In this document: one piece after another, positions 52,301 through 64,000 of the stretch
Numbering within the stretch: position 1 is the first letter of the stretch
Layout of the letters: each line of letters begins with the position of its first letter
NCBI GenBank assembly: GCA_964035545.1
Contig: OZ037768.1
Location: forward strand, 2,078,741 to 2,142,740
DNA from: Bugula neritina
Taxonomy: Eukaryota; Animalia; Bryozoa
Reading direction: 5' to 3'
Length of the DNA stretch: 64,000 bases
Notes under the pieces: model-generated
What the model was told of the DNA's origin: nothing
Databases searched by the model: none
What the model saw: the letters and a program-made list of their open reading frames with translations, nothing else
Translations under genes and position numbers: made by a program

Positions 52301-55300
52301 CCCTCCAATACCACCACACGCTACTCCTCTGTACCATGTTCACCACACACCTGGTCCACCACCACCGCCGCCTCCATTAGGCAGCGCTGCCATATCACAC
52401 GTTAACATGGCGCCTCCACCTCCACCTGGATGGCAACCCTATAACCCTCACTTCCACCCTCTGGACGGTCCACCGTATCCTGAGTATGACCACTACCACG
52501 GCGACGAGCAGTATAACGAGTTTGAAGAAGAGGTGAGTCCCGGCTATTTTCTTTATTTGGGCGAATCAAATTGGCTCTTTTGTAAGCCGATGTTTAATGC
52601 TTGTATTAATACGCAGTGGCCATAAGAGGGCATCTCTGTTGCATCCTTGTAGCAAGAAGCTCCCATAGATTATGCCGAAACCTTTGAGCTGGCTTTGGAA
52701 GATCTGATAGAAAATCTAAAGACTGTTTTGTATAAAGATTTGTGTAAGAGAATCGTCACTCAGTCGGCTTTCAAGTTTTTTGAAAACTGGTGGAAGACAG
52801 AAGAGACGAAAAGTAAAAATCAGGTCTGCTTTCTCTTCTTACCATCCCGTTAAATTCTATCTGAATATATATCACATGTACAAGATAGATACACTCATAC
52901 TCATATTTATAGTAATACCTACTCATACTCATGCTTATAACTCATATTTGTACTTATACTAATACTTATACTAATACTTATACTTACAGTAATACTAATA
53001 CTTATAGTAATACTAATACTTATAGTAATGCTGGTACTCACTGTCTTTGTGTTATAGTTCAACAAGCTAGCTGAGATAATGAATGCAGAGAGTAAGGTGG
53101 AGACTGTCAAGGCTGCTGCCTCTTCGTCAGCTGATGCCGACAGTCAGCCGGCTGCGACAGCACCTGCGAGTACCACACCTTTCTCTTCGCTCTTTGAAAG
53201 CTCAACGATATTCGGTGCAGGATCGTTCCTTGGCGCTGGTTTACCAAAAATGCCTTCCTTCCGAGTGAGTTGAGTTTTGCTGTCAGTATGAGGAGGTTTA
53301 CTGTATCAAGGGAAGGCGTGTCAGTGCTAATATTTAGTTGTTTTGTTTCAGTCTGTCTTGTTTTCAGACACTAATTTTCAGAAGCATATAAAGTTTATTC
53401 AAATGCAAGCTTGTAAGATATCTCTGCTCATGTCACTGACTTTTCTCACTGATGGTTTTAGAAAAAGATTTCTCCCACAAGAGAGTTGGAGCTTCAACGA
53501 GAGCGAGAGAAAGAGAAGGCTAAAGGTCAAGGTATAATTTACAACAGTTAGTCTGCTAACTGCGATATTGTAATTGGACGCTGATTTTACCCTTTACTTC
53601 GTGGGTATATCATACATGTGGGTATATCATACATGTGGGTATATCATACATGTGGGTATATCATACACGTGGGTATATCACACATGTGGGTATATCATAC
53701 ACGGGGGTATATCATACATGTGGGTATATCATACACGTGGGTATATCACACATGTGGGTATATCATACACGTGGGTATATCATACACGTGGGTATATCAT
53801 ACACGTGGATATATCATACACGGGGGTATATCATACATGTGGGTATATCATACATGTGGGTATATCATACATGTGGGTATAGCATACACGTGGGTATATC
53901 ATACACGTGGGTATATCATATACGTGGGTATATCACACATGTGGGTATATCATACACGGGGGTATATCATACATGTGGGTATATCATACACGTGGGTATA
54001 TCACACATGTGGGTATATCATATACGTGGGTATATCATACACGTGGATATATCATACGTGGGGGTATAGCATACACGTGGGTATATCATACACGTGGGTA
54101 TATCATATACGTGGGTATATCATACATGTGGGTATATCATACATGTGGGTATATCATACATGTGGGTATATCATACACGTGGGTATATCACACATGTGGG
54201 TATATCATACACGGGGGTATATCATACATGTGGGTATATCATACACGTGGGTATATCACACATGTGGGTATATCATACACGTGGGTATATCATACACGTG
54301 GATATATCATACACGGGGGTATATCATACATGTGGGTATATCATACATGTGGGTATAGCATACACGTGGGTATATCATACACGTGGGTATATCATATACG
54401 TGGGTATATCATACATGTGGGTATATCATACACGGGGGTATATCATATACGTGGGTATAGCATACACGTGGGTATATCATACATGTGGGTATATCATACA
54501 TGTGGGTATATCATACATGTGGGTATATCATACATGTGGGTATATCATACATGTGGGTATAGCATACATGTGGGTATATCATACATGTGGGTATAGCATA
54601 CACGTGGGTATATCATACACGTGGGTATATCATATACGTGGGTATATCATACATGTGGGTATATCATACATGTGGGTATATCATATACGTGGGTATAGCA
54701 TACACGTGGGTATATCATACATGTGGGTATATCATACATGTGGGTATATCATACATGTGGGTATATCATACATGTGGGTATATCATACATGTGGGTATAG
54801 CATACATGTGGGTATATCATACATGTGGGTATAGCATACACGTGGGTATATCATACACGTGGGTATATCATACATGTGGGTATATCATACATGTGGGTAT
54901 ATCATACACGTGGGTATATCATACATGTGGGTATAGCATACACGTGGGTATATCTCATGCAGATACAGAGGAGAGTCCTGCTAAAGACAAGCAACCAGCT
55001 ACAGGGAAGCGTCGTCGTGGCTCTGTGAGTTCCGGGGAGTTGAGTGACAGCAGCTCAGCCTCCTCCTCTGAGTCATCGTCTGAAAGTGAGGATGAGTCAT
55101 CTGCTTCTGAAACAGACCAGGAAAGTACCAGGAAGTCCAAGAAGGGTGAGTTGCTAGGCCACTAGTTAATACAAACCTCTCTTTCCTGCATTTGTTTTGA
55201 AGTACCTCTATATATGCCATCTATTTAGTGTGTTTTGAAGGCTACTTAAATCTTAATATGCCACGGTTTTTTAAATCTGAAAAGTATATAAAAGCACTAA

Positions 55301-58300
55301 TTTTATAGAATATAACCAAGTGGTACACTTTGCCTTTTTATTATCAAACTAAACAGTTTAAATACTGATACCGCGTGTCATGTATTCTTACCACTCAACT
55401 TGCTACTGACCAAAGACATTTTGTCTCAAAGTTTTTTTTCATTTCTGGTTGCCACATCTTTGGAAAGTAAAAAACTTTATGCACGAAACTGCACTTGGGG
55501 ACTGCAGTGTTGAGTTTCACCAGTGAGGTGGGTGTTGTACCCGCTTCCCTCTACTGTAGCAGTTGTGTCAAGTTCTGAGGCTGAGAGTAGCTCCTCCTCT
55601 TCACCCGAATCCCAGTCGGAGTCTGAAAGTGGATCTGAAGCTAGCGATTCAGAAGTTGAATCTGCGAAGGAGGAGAAGCCTGTGAAAGCAGCTTCTAGAC
55701 GGTTGGTTTGTTTAGTCTATGAGCTGTTAGAGTAATCCACTCTCTGATTGATTGTTTGTTGATCATCATTTCGATGTTGAAGCTTGTTTGTATTCTCAGC
55801 TAAAATTCTGTTTCAATGTATATCATTCAACTGAATTGTAAGAAATATGTATGTGACCTGTTTATATGGTGTGACCTGTTTATATGGTGTGACCTGTTTA
55901 TATGGTGTGACCTGTTTATATGGTGTGACCTATTTAGATGGTGTGACCTATTCATATGGTGTGACTCATCTATCCTATCAGGTATTTTATCTACTTACCC
56001 CATATGCAATGAACTATTTACTCTTGTGTGAACAGCAAACCTCCTCCCAAGAAACAAGCCCCAACCAAACCCAAACTCGTCATCTCTGAAAGTTCTGCAG
56101 AGGAAACTGAACCGACTTCATCCGCCGAGGCTCTGCCCAGCTCTCCGGGAGTTTCTACAGTGCCCGATGAAGAGAAGGTGAAATGGGATTCTGCTGAACA
56201 CCAGAGTCCTGCTTTATTGTCTTCTCCTGTCAAATCTGCTCGAAAACGAAAAGCTTTGGAGCTGGTAATTTGAAACCACTTTCTCCTGCTGTAAAAGATT
56301 CTAATTAATTAAACGAAATGGTTTACACAATACATTGGGCATTCATATATAAATACTCTCTGTGCTAAGTGATGACCCAGTGTGAGGTGTACCGTTCCTT
56401 GTTCCAGAAAGCTGAAAGCATGCAGGAAGCAGTATCTCAGAAGGACAGAGGTGTGGATATGGAGACAGAGGAGCGGTCATTGGCAGCACCTACAGCTGGT
56501 GACAATGAAGCAGAAGATGCTGTGGCAGCGTTGGAAAAGAGCGAAGGAATGAATGTTGATGCTGAAAAAGTGTCCGAAGAGAAAGAAATGCAACATTTCC
56601 TTGTGAGTTGTTATAATATCTTGATTGTGGATACTACAGTATATATGATTGGCTCTCATGAAGAGCTGACTGTAACAGTACACATGATTGGCTCACTGAG
56701 CTATAACAGTAAAGGCAGCTTCTAGATAATCAAAGGCGCAGTTATTATAACCAATGGTACAAGACTCGTGCCACGTTTATTTTATAGTAGATGTTGGTAG
56801 GTATAATATATATTTAGTTATATTCTCTAAATATACTCTGTGCAGAAGAAGTGGCTATTGGAAGAACACAGCTATACAAGGCCAGCGTCTGAAGCTCCCG
56901 AACCAAAGAAAACCACAAAAAGAACCAAGAAACAGCTGCAGGACATCACAGAGAAAGTCAGCGCTAAGGGTATGTCTGTAGAATTTTGATGCCCATGACT
57001 TTGCTGAATTAACCATTTTTCGGATATTTATCAGTATTTTTATTTTACAATGGTAAGCTGAAATGACATTTGTGTCCATCCCTAAAGCTATTTCTTGTTG
57101 TGAATAGTGTAGGTTGTTGCATTCCGAAAATATTTATGATTAATTACCTGATTGGCTGAGAGATGTTATAAACACTCTGATTGGCTGGGATGCTGTAGGT
57201 AACAGGGAGCTCGCCAGGCTGCTCAAGGATATTCCAGATGAGAAACCTAAACCTGGCGCTGTGCCAGTCAAAGACACTGTACCTGCGACAGTCGAGACTC
57301 CAGCTAAGTTCAAGGTCAGAAGTGTCATGGAGCAGAGGGCTATCCTCTATGAGCTCTTCAACAGCGGCATGGACTTGGAGGATATGAAGTACTTCAAACT
57401 ATGTTACGAGAAGATGCTCAACAATGATGATGCTGTGAGTGTGTTACAGTGTAGTAGCAACTCTATCTCTGTGTTACAGTGTAGTAGCAACTCTATCTCT
57501 GTGTTACAGTGTAGTAGCAACTCTATCTCTGTGTTACAGTGTAGCGGTAATTCTATCTCTGTGTTACAGCGTAGTAGTAACTATGTGTTACAATGTAGTA
57601 GTAATTCTATCTCTGTGTTACAATGTAGTAGTAACTCTATGTAAACCAGCACAAGACATGACATAGTCATTAATAGACTTTATATAAGCACAGCCACTGG
57701 TACCTTCCTATTGCATTATTCTGTATAAAGTTGAAGAAAATATAATATTATGGGTTCCACATTGTATAATGAACATATAGTAATGTGATATATAGTTGCC
57801 AGCTTATATCAGTTTGTTACATGGTAGTAGTAGATCTATCCGTGTGTGACATTGTAGTAGCATGTTGTATTTCAGAGCTACGAGTGGTGCAATGACACTC
57901 ACTGGGTTGATCATTGCGTCAGTAACATTCCAGACCCTGCGCTGCCCCCGCCTAACAAAAGGTCACGCAAATCTTCTCATCTAGACCTAGATCTCAACAT
58001 GAAGAGACACAGAACTGGATCGGCCCGTACTGAGGGTGAGTTCTCACTCTAACTAACTGCCCTGTAGGTCATATGTAGGTCATATGTACTGTGATATGCA
58101 GGCTCTGTGAAAGCAAACGCTGTATGAATAATGTAGCCTATATGAACACTGTGTGAATAATGTATATGAACACTGTGAGAGGGGGAGGTAATCCTGATTT
58201 AATGGAAGTAACTGCTAATATATGAAGTCCCTTCATCGAGTGTTGTGTATTCTTTTAGGCTACTACAAGATCAGCTCTTACGAGAAATCTCACTACATGT

Positions 58301-59496
58301 CTAATGCTAGACAGTATGCTCAGATATCATTGGCTACTACCAACTCTACTGGAGTGAGTATATCTGTATAGTATGCTTACACTCTGTATAGTATGCTTAC
58401 ACTCTGTATAGTATGCTTATACTCTGTATAGTGTGCTTACACTCTGTATAGTATGCTTACACTCTGTATAGTATGCTTATACTCTGTATAGTGTGCTTAC
58501 ACTCTGTATAGTATGCTTGTACATAACATGTTTTTATCATTTTATAATAGTTTATTGCTAGCCTGTGCTCTGTATTCTTATACTGAGACGTATTATATCA
58601 CGTCCCCCACTCTTTCAGGAACACAAGGTATCTGCGCAGAGCATACAGCGCGAAGCTAGATCTAATCAGAGAAGATTGGCCACAGCATTCGGCGACCTTG
58701 ACACGGGTGAATTGCTCAAGTTTAATCAACTCAAGGTTAGTATAATTACTTTGTGAAACTTTTACTCGGATGTTTACTGCATGTTGTGAATAGCAGATCT
58801 TATAGGAGTTGGTGGTACAGAATGTGAAGTCAAGTTTGGCAGTTCATATCCACCACCCAACCAGTGTAATAGAACTAAGGCTGTGAAATTAGCCATCTTG
58901 CTTACTCATGTGTTGAGTTGTCTTTCCTACAGTTCCGTAACAAGACGCTGAGGTTCTCAAAGTCCACGATACACGACTGGGGGCTGTATGCCTGCGAGCC
59001 TATCCCCATAGACACTATGGTCATAGAATACGTAGGAGCTATACTCCGTCACTCTATTGCTGACGAGAGAGAAAAGCAATACGAGAGGACTGGCATCGGC
59101 AGCAGCTACCTCTTTCGAATTGACGGCGAGACGGTCATTGATGCCACTAAGTGCGGGAACTTGGCTCGTTTTGTGAACCACAGCTGCGATGTGAGTAGAA
59201 CCATCTCTGCCCAGCTGATTTCACTTTTTCCTCCACTATTGTTCTCAATATTGAATGTTAGCTGCAGTTTCTCTGTATCAAGTAGGTTTTTCTGGCTATA
59301 AGGTGTTTTCTGTTGGTTGCAGCCAAATTGCTATGCCAGAGTTATCACTGTGGATGGAGCTAAGAAGATTGTAATATACTCTCGAAGGAAGATCGAAATT
59401 GATGAGGAAATAACATACGACTATAAGTTTCCATATGAAGATGAAAAAATTCCTTGCTTATGTGGCACTGCTGTCTGCCGTGGATTCTTAAATTAA
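49399..59496 (+). CDS. SETD1: Histone H3K4 methyltransferase SETD1/Set1
   Basis: Exons 49399-49429, 50308-50543, 50681-50851, 50972-52040, 52288-52532, 52653-52823, 53058-53264, 53462-53531, 54963-55145, 55560-55701, 56036-56264, 56408-56602, 56846-56969, 57199-57434, 57876-58035, 58259-58353, 58619-58735, 58933-59190, 59323-59496. [12 protein letters not shown] ([11 protein letters not shown]...[10 protein letters not shown]), [16 protein letters not shown]-binding [15 protein letters not shown] motif [18 protein letters not shown] (IHDWGL...NHSCDPN...ITYDYKF) and post-[13 protein letters not shown]. The exact start codon is less certain. Confidence 0.95.
53601..54953. repeat. 17-bp satellite, about 80 copies, ending at a SETD1 acceptor
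   Basis: Unit gtgggtatatcataca(c/t). The last unit runs into ctcatgcag| at 54962. Confidence 0.98.
55852..55965. repeat. 18-bp tandem repeat, about 6 copies
   Basis: Unit gtgacctgtttatatggt in a SETD1 intron. Confidence 0.9.
57441..57642. repeat. 30-bp minisatellite, about 7 copies, starting at a SETD1 donor
   Basis: Unit gtgttacagtgtagtagcaactctatctct, directly after GTGAGT at 57435. Confidence 0.92.
58362..58518. repeat. 20-bp minisatellite, about 8 copies, starting at a SETD1 donor
   Basis: Unit actctgtatagtatgcttac after GTGAGT at 58354. Confidence 0.92.
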
Positions 59497-60137
59497 TTTA
59501 ATTTTTCTTACTGTATTTTAATTTTTTGTAAATATGTATATACTTTGTGAAATATGAACTGAATTGTATAAAATGACCAGGCAAGCAATGAAAGTTGGTA
59601 GCATATTTACTGAGTAGTAGCAGTTTCACTGCATAATATTTTTGTAAATTTTAGAATATAATTCTGATAGAATGGCAAATTATTGTGATTGTTGATATCT
59701 CTCGATAAAATATTATGTCAGGTAGATGTGATTTATTTATCGTTCTGCAAAATTTTGCTAACTGTTACCAATTTGATTATTAAAACCATGACCGGCATTA
59801 TTACTAACTTGAGTCAGTGTTAAATATAAGAGTTTTCTTCTCTTTTTTGCGCAATGGGCACGATAAAAGTGTGTTATCAAAGGATATTTAATTATATAAA
59901 AAGTTACGCTTTATTTACAGAAAATTTATAGTATTTTGCAATTTGATGCACTTTTACCTCAACAATAGGCTACTAAATTTTACAAAGGAAAATACAGAGA
60001 TGTCCGATGTAATGAAAGTATATCCGGTAGCCATATTTGAAAAAAGTGCACGGATGCTTGGTAATATAATTTGACTTCGCAACTTTTCCTACAGTAAAAA
60101 GTAACCATCTTCCATTCCAAGCATAATAATTCTCACA

Positions 60138-63100
60138 ATGGAGCCACAGGAACAGCCTGAAAGTGCCACTTATGTTAAACGTCCTATAAAACCTGAAGAA
60201 CAAAATCTAATTGATGAATTGGCTAGGTTGACTGAACAACATGCAGACGAGTTCCCAAACATCTGTCAATTCATGCAAAAAGGTAGGCTGTAGGGCGTAG
60301 GCGTAGCAGCTCGGCTTTAAATTGGAAGTGTAAGTTGAATTTAGGCATTATGAGGTTAATTACTTAATTAGGCTTATTTTCGACAATAATGACAATATGA
60401 ATAATAAATTCTTAATTTATTTTGGGTTAGATTGCATCGCTGGTGAGTGATACTGGTAGTGGTAGCGTAGAACTAGAAGTAGAATTAGATTTATCATTTA
60501 GACTAACTCTAAGTAATACAAGTATAATAATATTAATTGTTATATTTATTCCTTTTTGAGAAATACTTCAATTTTATCATTTATGTTTAAGTTTAACTTT
60601 TAGTTAAAATTTAATTTAATAATTTAAAATAATGTTAATTGTTATAATTATTTATTTTCAATATTTATATATAATATGATAATAAATTATAACTTTTTCA
60701 CATTATTATGTTCATATTGGCATTTTATTTTTATATTGAAATTTAGTCATACTAATAATCATAATGATAGGTATTTTGATAGTATGTCCATAGCCTATTA
60801 CGATTATCAATAACATTTCTATCAGTTGTTGCTGTTGTGACTTTATTTTAGAAAAGTAGATAAAGTTTAACTTCCAATAAATAACTACCAACTCCAAGTA
60901 ATAAATTTTAAGCTTCATACTCATAGTCATAGTCAGTTCTTCGTTGCCCATTTGACATTCATTTTTAAGTTCGTGATTAGTGTTGATGGATTTCCATTTT
61001 CCATCTTGCGTCACTACAATTTCTCAAGTCATTAATGTTGAGGCATTTATGATTTACTACACTAAGTTTGAACTTAATAGCAAGTCTGATACTAATGGTA
61101 TTATAAATGAACAATTGTATTAAAATACATCCTTAGTAGTAACGCTACCTTGTAATTGGTTGAATCATTTGAACTAATTCAAATTTCATATACCAGAGGT
61201 TGACCGAATAACCAAAAGACAAAAATCTTTAGAAGAAGAACACTACTTAGACATAGAAGGTGGAAAACCAGCCCGTTTAACGTTCAAAGTAGCAGTGCCA
61301 GCTGAGAAATATCCAAATGTAAGTGTTAGATAATCAAACGTGTTTATATACTTCTCCAACTTGTCTCACTATCTTTCAATGTCTATAACAGGGTTGTGTT
61401 GTATAGCAAGGTTGTATTTTCTTATCTTTAGTTCAACTATGTGGGGCGACTGCTGGGGCCCAAAGGCAGCACACTTAGAGGAATGCAAGAGATATCCGGT
61501 TGTAAGATGGCTGTGCTGGGCAGAGGGTCGATGAAGGACAAAAACAAGGAGGAGCAGTGTCGGCAAGAAGGGGGTAAATTCTCTCATCTCAGCGAAGACC
61601 TGCATGTAAGTAAATAGTCTTTCATGCAGGCGAGTCGCTCTGCTCTCTCCACATCTGACCATTTTAGTCATCAGAAGTTGGAATATGAACAGAATGTATA
61701 CCTAGAGTCCTAGACTGTAGACTGTGTTCTACTCTCTATACAGATATGGTTGCAAGCTGTTGGGGTGCCCGACATGGCCTTCTACAAGTTGTATGTGGCC
61801 TGCAAGGAGATTAAGAAATACCTTCACGCGGTGAGTGCCCATTAGCCGGTTGTTATACAAGTTAGACCAGACTAAGGTGTGCTGTTACCACGGTTACCAG
61901 TAGCCTGTGTACCTAGAACAGCTGTGAGTGAGTACTGGTGGTGTTTTATCACTGATACTCTCTACGCACCCAGTGTCAAGGTCTAAGATGAATATAGGCA
62001 GAGACATAGTGCTGAATAGACTATCTCATGCTGTTCAGTCTCCAATAGCTGCTACATGCTACCAATGCTAGAGTTTCATGATGTTGATATGGTCTGGAAT
62101 GTCCTATACTAAGTAGTGTGGATTACTTGTAGGACTACAACGATGAGATATTCACTGAGCAGATGATGGTACTGGAGCAGGAGAGCGGGCACAATAAGAA
62201 CTACACTGGAAACAGGGGTGCGCGCGGTAGAGGTGGCAACAGGGGAATGATGCAAGGCCGCGGGGGCAGAGGTGGAAACATGATGGCACGAGGGGGTATG
62301 AGAGGTAAGTGTGTAGTTGGAGAGATTTCCTGAGAATGTAGACCAGACTAAGGTGTGCTGTTACCACGGTTACCAGTAGCCTGTGTACCTAGAACAGCTG
62401 TGAGTGGGTACTGGTGGTGTTTTATCACTGATACTCTCTACGCACCCAGTGTCAAGGTCTAAGATGAATATAGGCAGAGACATAGTGCTGAATAGACTAT
62501 CTTATGCTGTTCAGTCTCCAATAGCTGCTACACGCTACCAATGCTAGAGTTGTGTCACCAGAGCACCTATTTGCACTGCTTTGCTTCTGCAACTCGCAAG
62601 CCCAGTGTTGCATGCTCTACTCTAGATAGGCTGTACTTCAACATTAACTCTTACAGCAGAAATGTGTGCTCTCCTTAAACCTGAATTTTCATCTTGCAAG
62701 TTCATGAGTTTCAAGTTGACTGACTCCACTACTTTGCTTGATTGTGCTAAAGGTCACTCAACTTACATGATTTCCTTAGGAAAGTCGGCTGCTTTCTTTT
62801 GCTTGCTTAATTACTTTATAATTTCCCACACTTGTGTTAAATGGACGTAGTTAGAAGCCCAGGTCAGGCTTAGCCCTGACTATCTCTGCCCCCAATCTTT
62901 GTCACTAGTAACTCACCGCCGGCTGCGGCCGCACCGCCTCCATCAATCAATGTCCGGCAGCAGTCAGTCAACTAGAAACCCAGAGCCCATCTCCTCCGTC
63001 TCCAGTGCAGAATGTCCTTGTGTCTGTTCTACAGGTGGTGGCATGATGAGGGGTGCTGGCGGATCTCGAGGAGTTCGAGGTAATATGATGAGAGGGCGGG

Positions 63101-63411
63101 GTATGCATCGGCCAGCAGCCATTGGCCCCTCCCACAACTCTGACACTCTGTACGAAGACGTGTACGAACCCATCTCATCAGCATCCTTCACTAACTCTTT
63201 CGCTGAGAATGGTGGGCTGGCCGGCAGCCTTGGTGTAGGCAGCGGTGGTGGCAACTCGTACTTTGATGAGTTCCCTGAACCGATTAGTGACAATAGATTG
63301 GGGGGTCTAGAGTTTGCCCGCAACGCTCAGCGGAGTGTTCCAGCGAAACCCATGAGGTTTAACCACAGCCACATGTCCAGTTTACAGAGCATTCACCAGA
63401 AAGCCTTTTAG
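60138..63411 (+). CDS. KHDRBS: KH domain STAR-family RNA-binding protein (KHDRBS/Sam68-like)
   Basis: Exons 60138-60282, 61197-61318, 61432-61605, 61744-61830, 62133-62304, 63035-63411. [49 protein letters not shown]...HLSEDLH (maxi-KH), [11 protein letters not shown] (QUA2-like) and RGG boxes. Confidence 0.88.
61863..62551. repeat. 213-bp direct duplication (61863-62075 and 62339-62551) flanking KHDRBS exon 5
   Basis: The two copies are identical except for 3 substitutions; offset 476 bp. Confidence 0.95.
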
Positions 63412-64000
63412 TCATGCATGTGTGCACTTCATTCGAATTCTATTTTCCCTGGCTTCTATTATGTTGAGTTAATATTTTACTTTTTGTACAGTGTCGTGTT
63501 TTTAAACTCTGTAGAGTTTTTGTGACCTTGATGTTAAACCTGATTTGGTTTTATCGTACTTGTTGCAAACATAATGAACCATTTTTTACGCAAATGAAAT
63601 TTTAGGGCAATGCTTTATAGACGTGTGAATCATGTAGAATAAACAGTTGGGTTTATAATCTGAACTTTAATTTAAATATTATTGCGGTATCAATGTACAT
63701 TTTGATATATGAAATGTAGCCCACTTTGGTGCAAAGCAAGTAATGTAAATACCTTGATTTTCTATTCATTGTTGATGCGAAACTCAACTATTTTGTGTTT
63801 TATATATATTTTCTACTTTTTGAATGTGTCAATTCGAGAGAACTTGAAATAAATTTTGTGTACATAATTTAAATAATTTTTCTATCGAGTCTGGCATTGT
63901 TTTCAACATTAGCAATTTGGTTGTGTGTACACATAAAGTGCACAATAAACAATGGTGTTGCTCCTCATTGAGTCTGGCCTGGGCTTCTTTATTTCTTTTC

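Noticed and set aside
53574-55028. Long ORFs such as [17 protein letters not shown] repeats
   Set aside because: Translations of a stop-poor 17-bp satellite inside a SETD1 intron, not genes.

Overview
AT-rich, intron-containing animal genomic DNA. Gene content and intron style suggest a spiralian/lophotrochozoan-type invertebrate, but the species cannot be fixed from sequence. I reconstructed seven multi-exon genes by hand, with consistent splice phases. In order: the 5' part of axonemal dynein heavy chain DNAH12 (-), IQUB (+), amphiphysin/BIN1 (-), WIP/verprolin (+), GPR155/LYCHOS (-), SETD1/Set1 (+) and a KHDRBS/Sam68-like STAR protein (+). There is no prokaryotic system, CRISPR array or intact transposase. 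The strongest unexplained pattern is about 20 unrelated minisatellites that lie almost only in introns, usually starting at or near a splice site and sometimes copying it into decoy donors or acceptors; apparent two-copy seed stages are also visible. Other notable points: two functionally matched head-to-head gene pairs (DNAH12/IQUB with an RFX X-box, and amphiphysin/WIP), a probable hidden alternative first exon inside IQUB, two GC-AG introns, a 213-bp duplication flanking one KHDRBS exon, and in-frame alternative acceptors in KHDRBS. Family calls and human synteny statements are from memory, not database searches.
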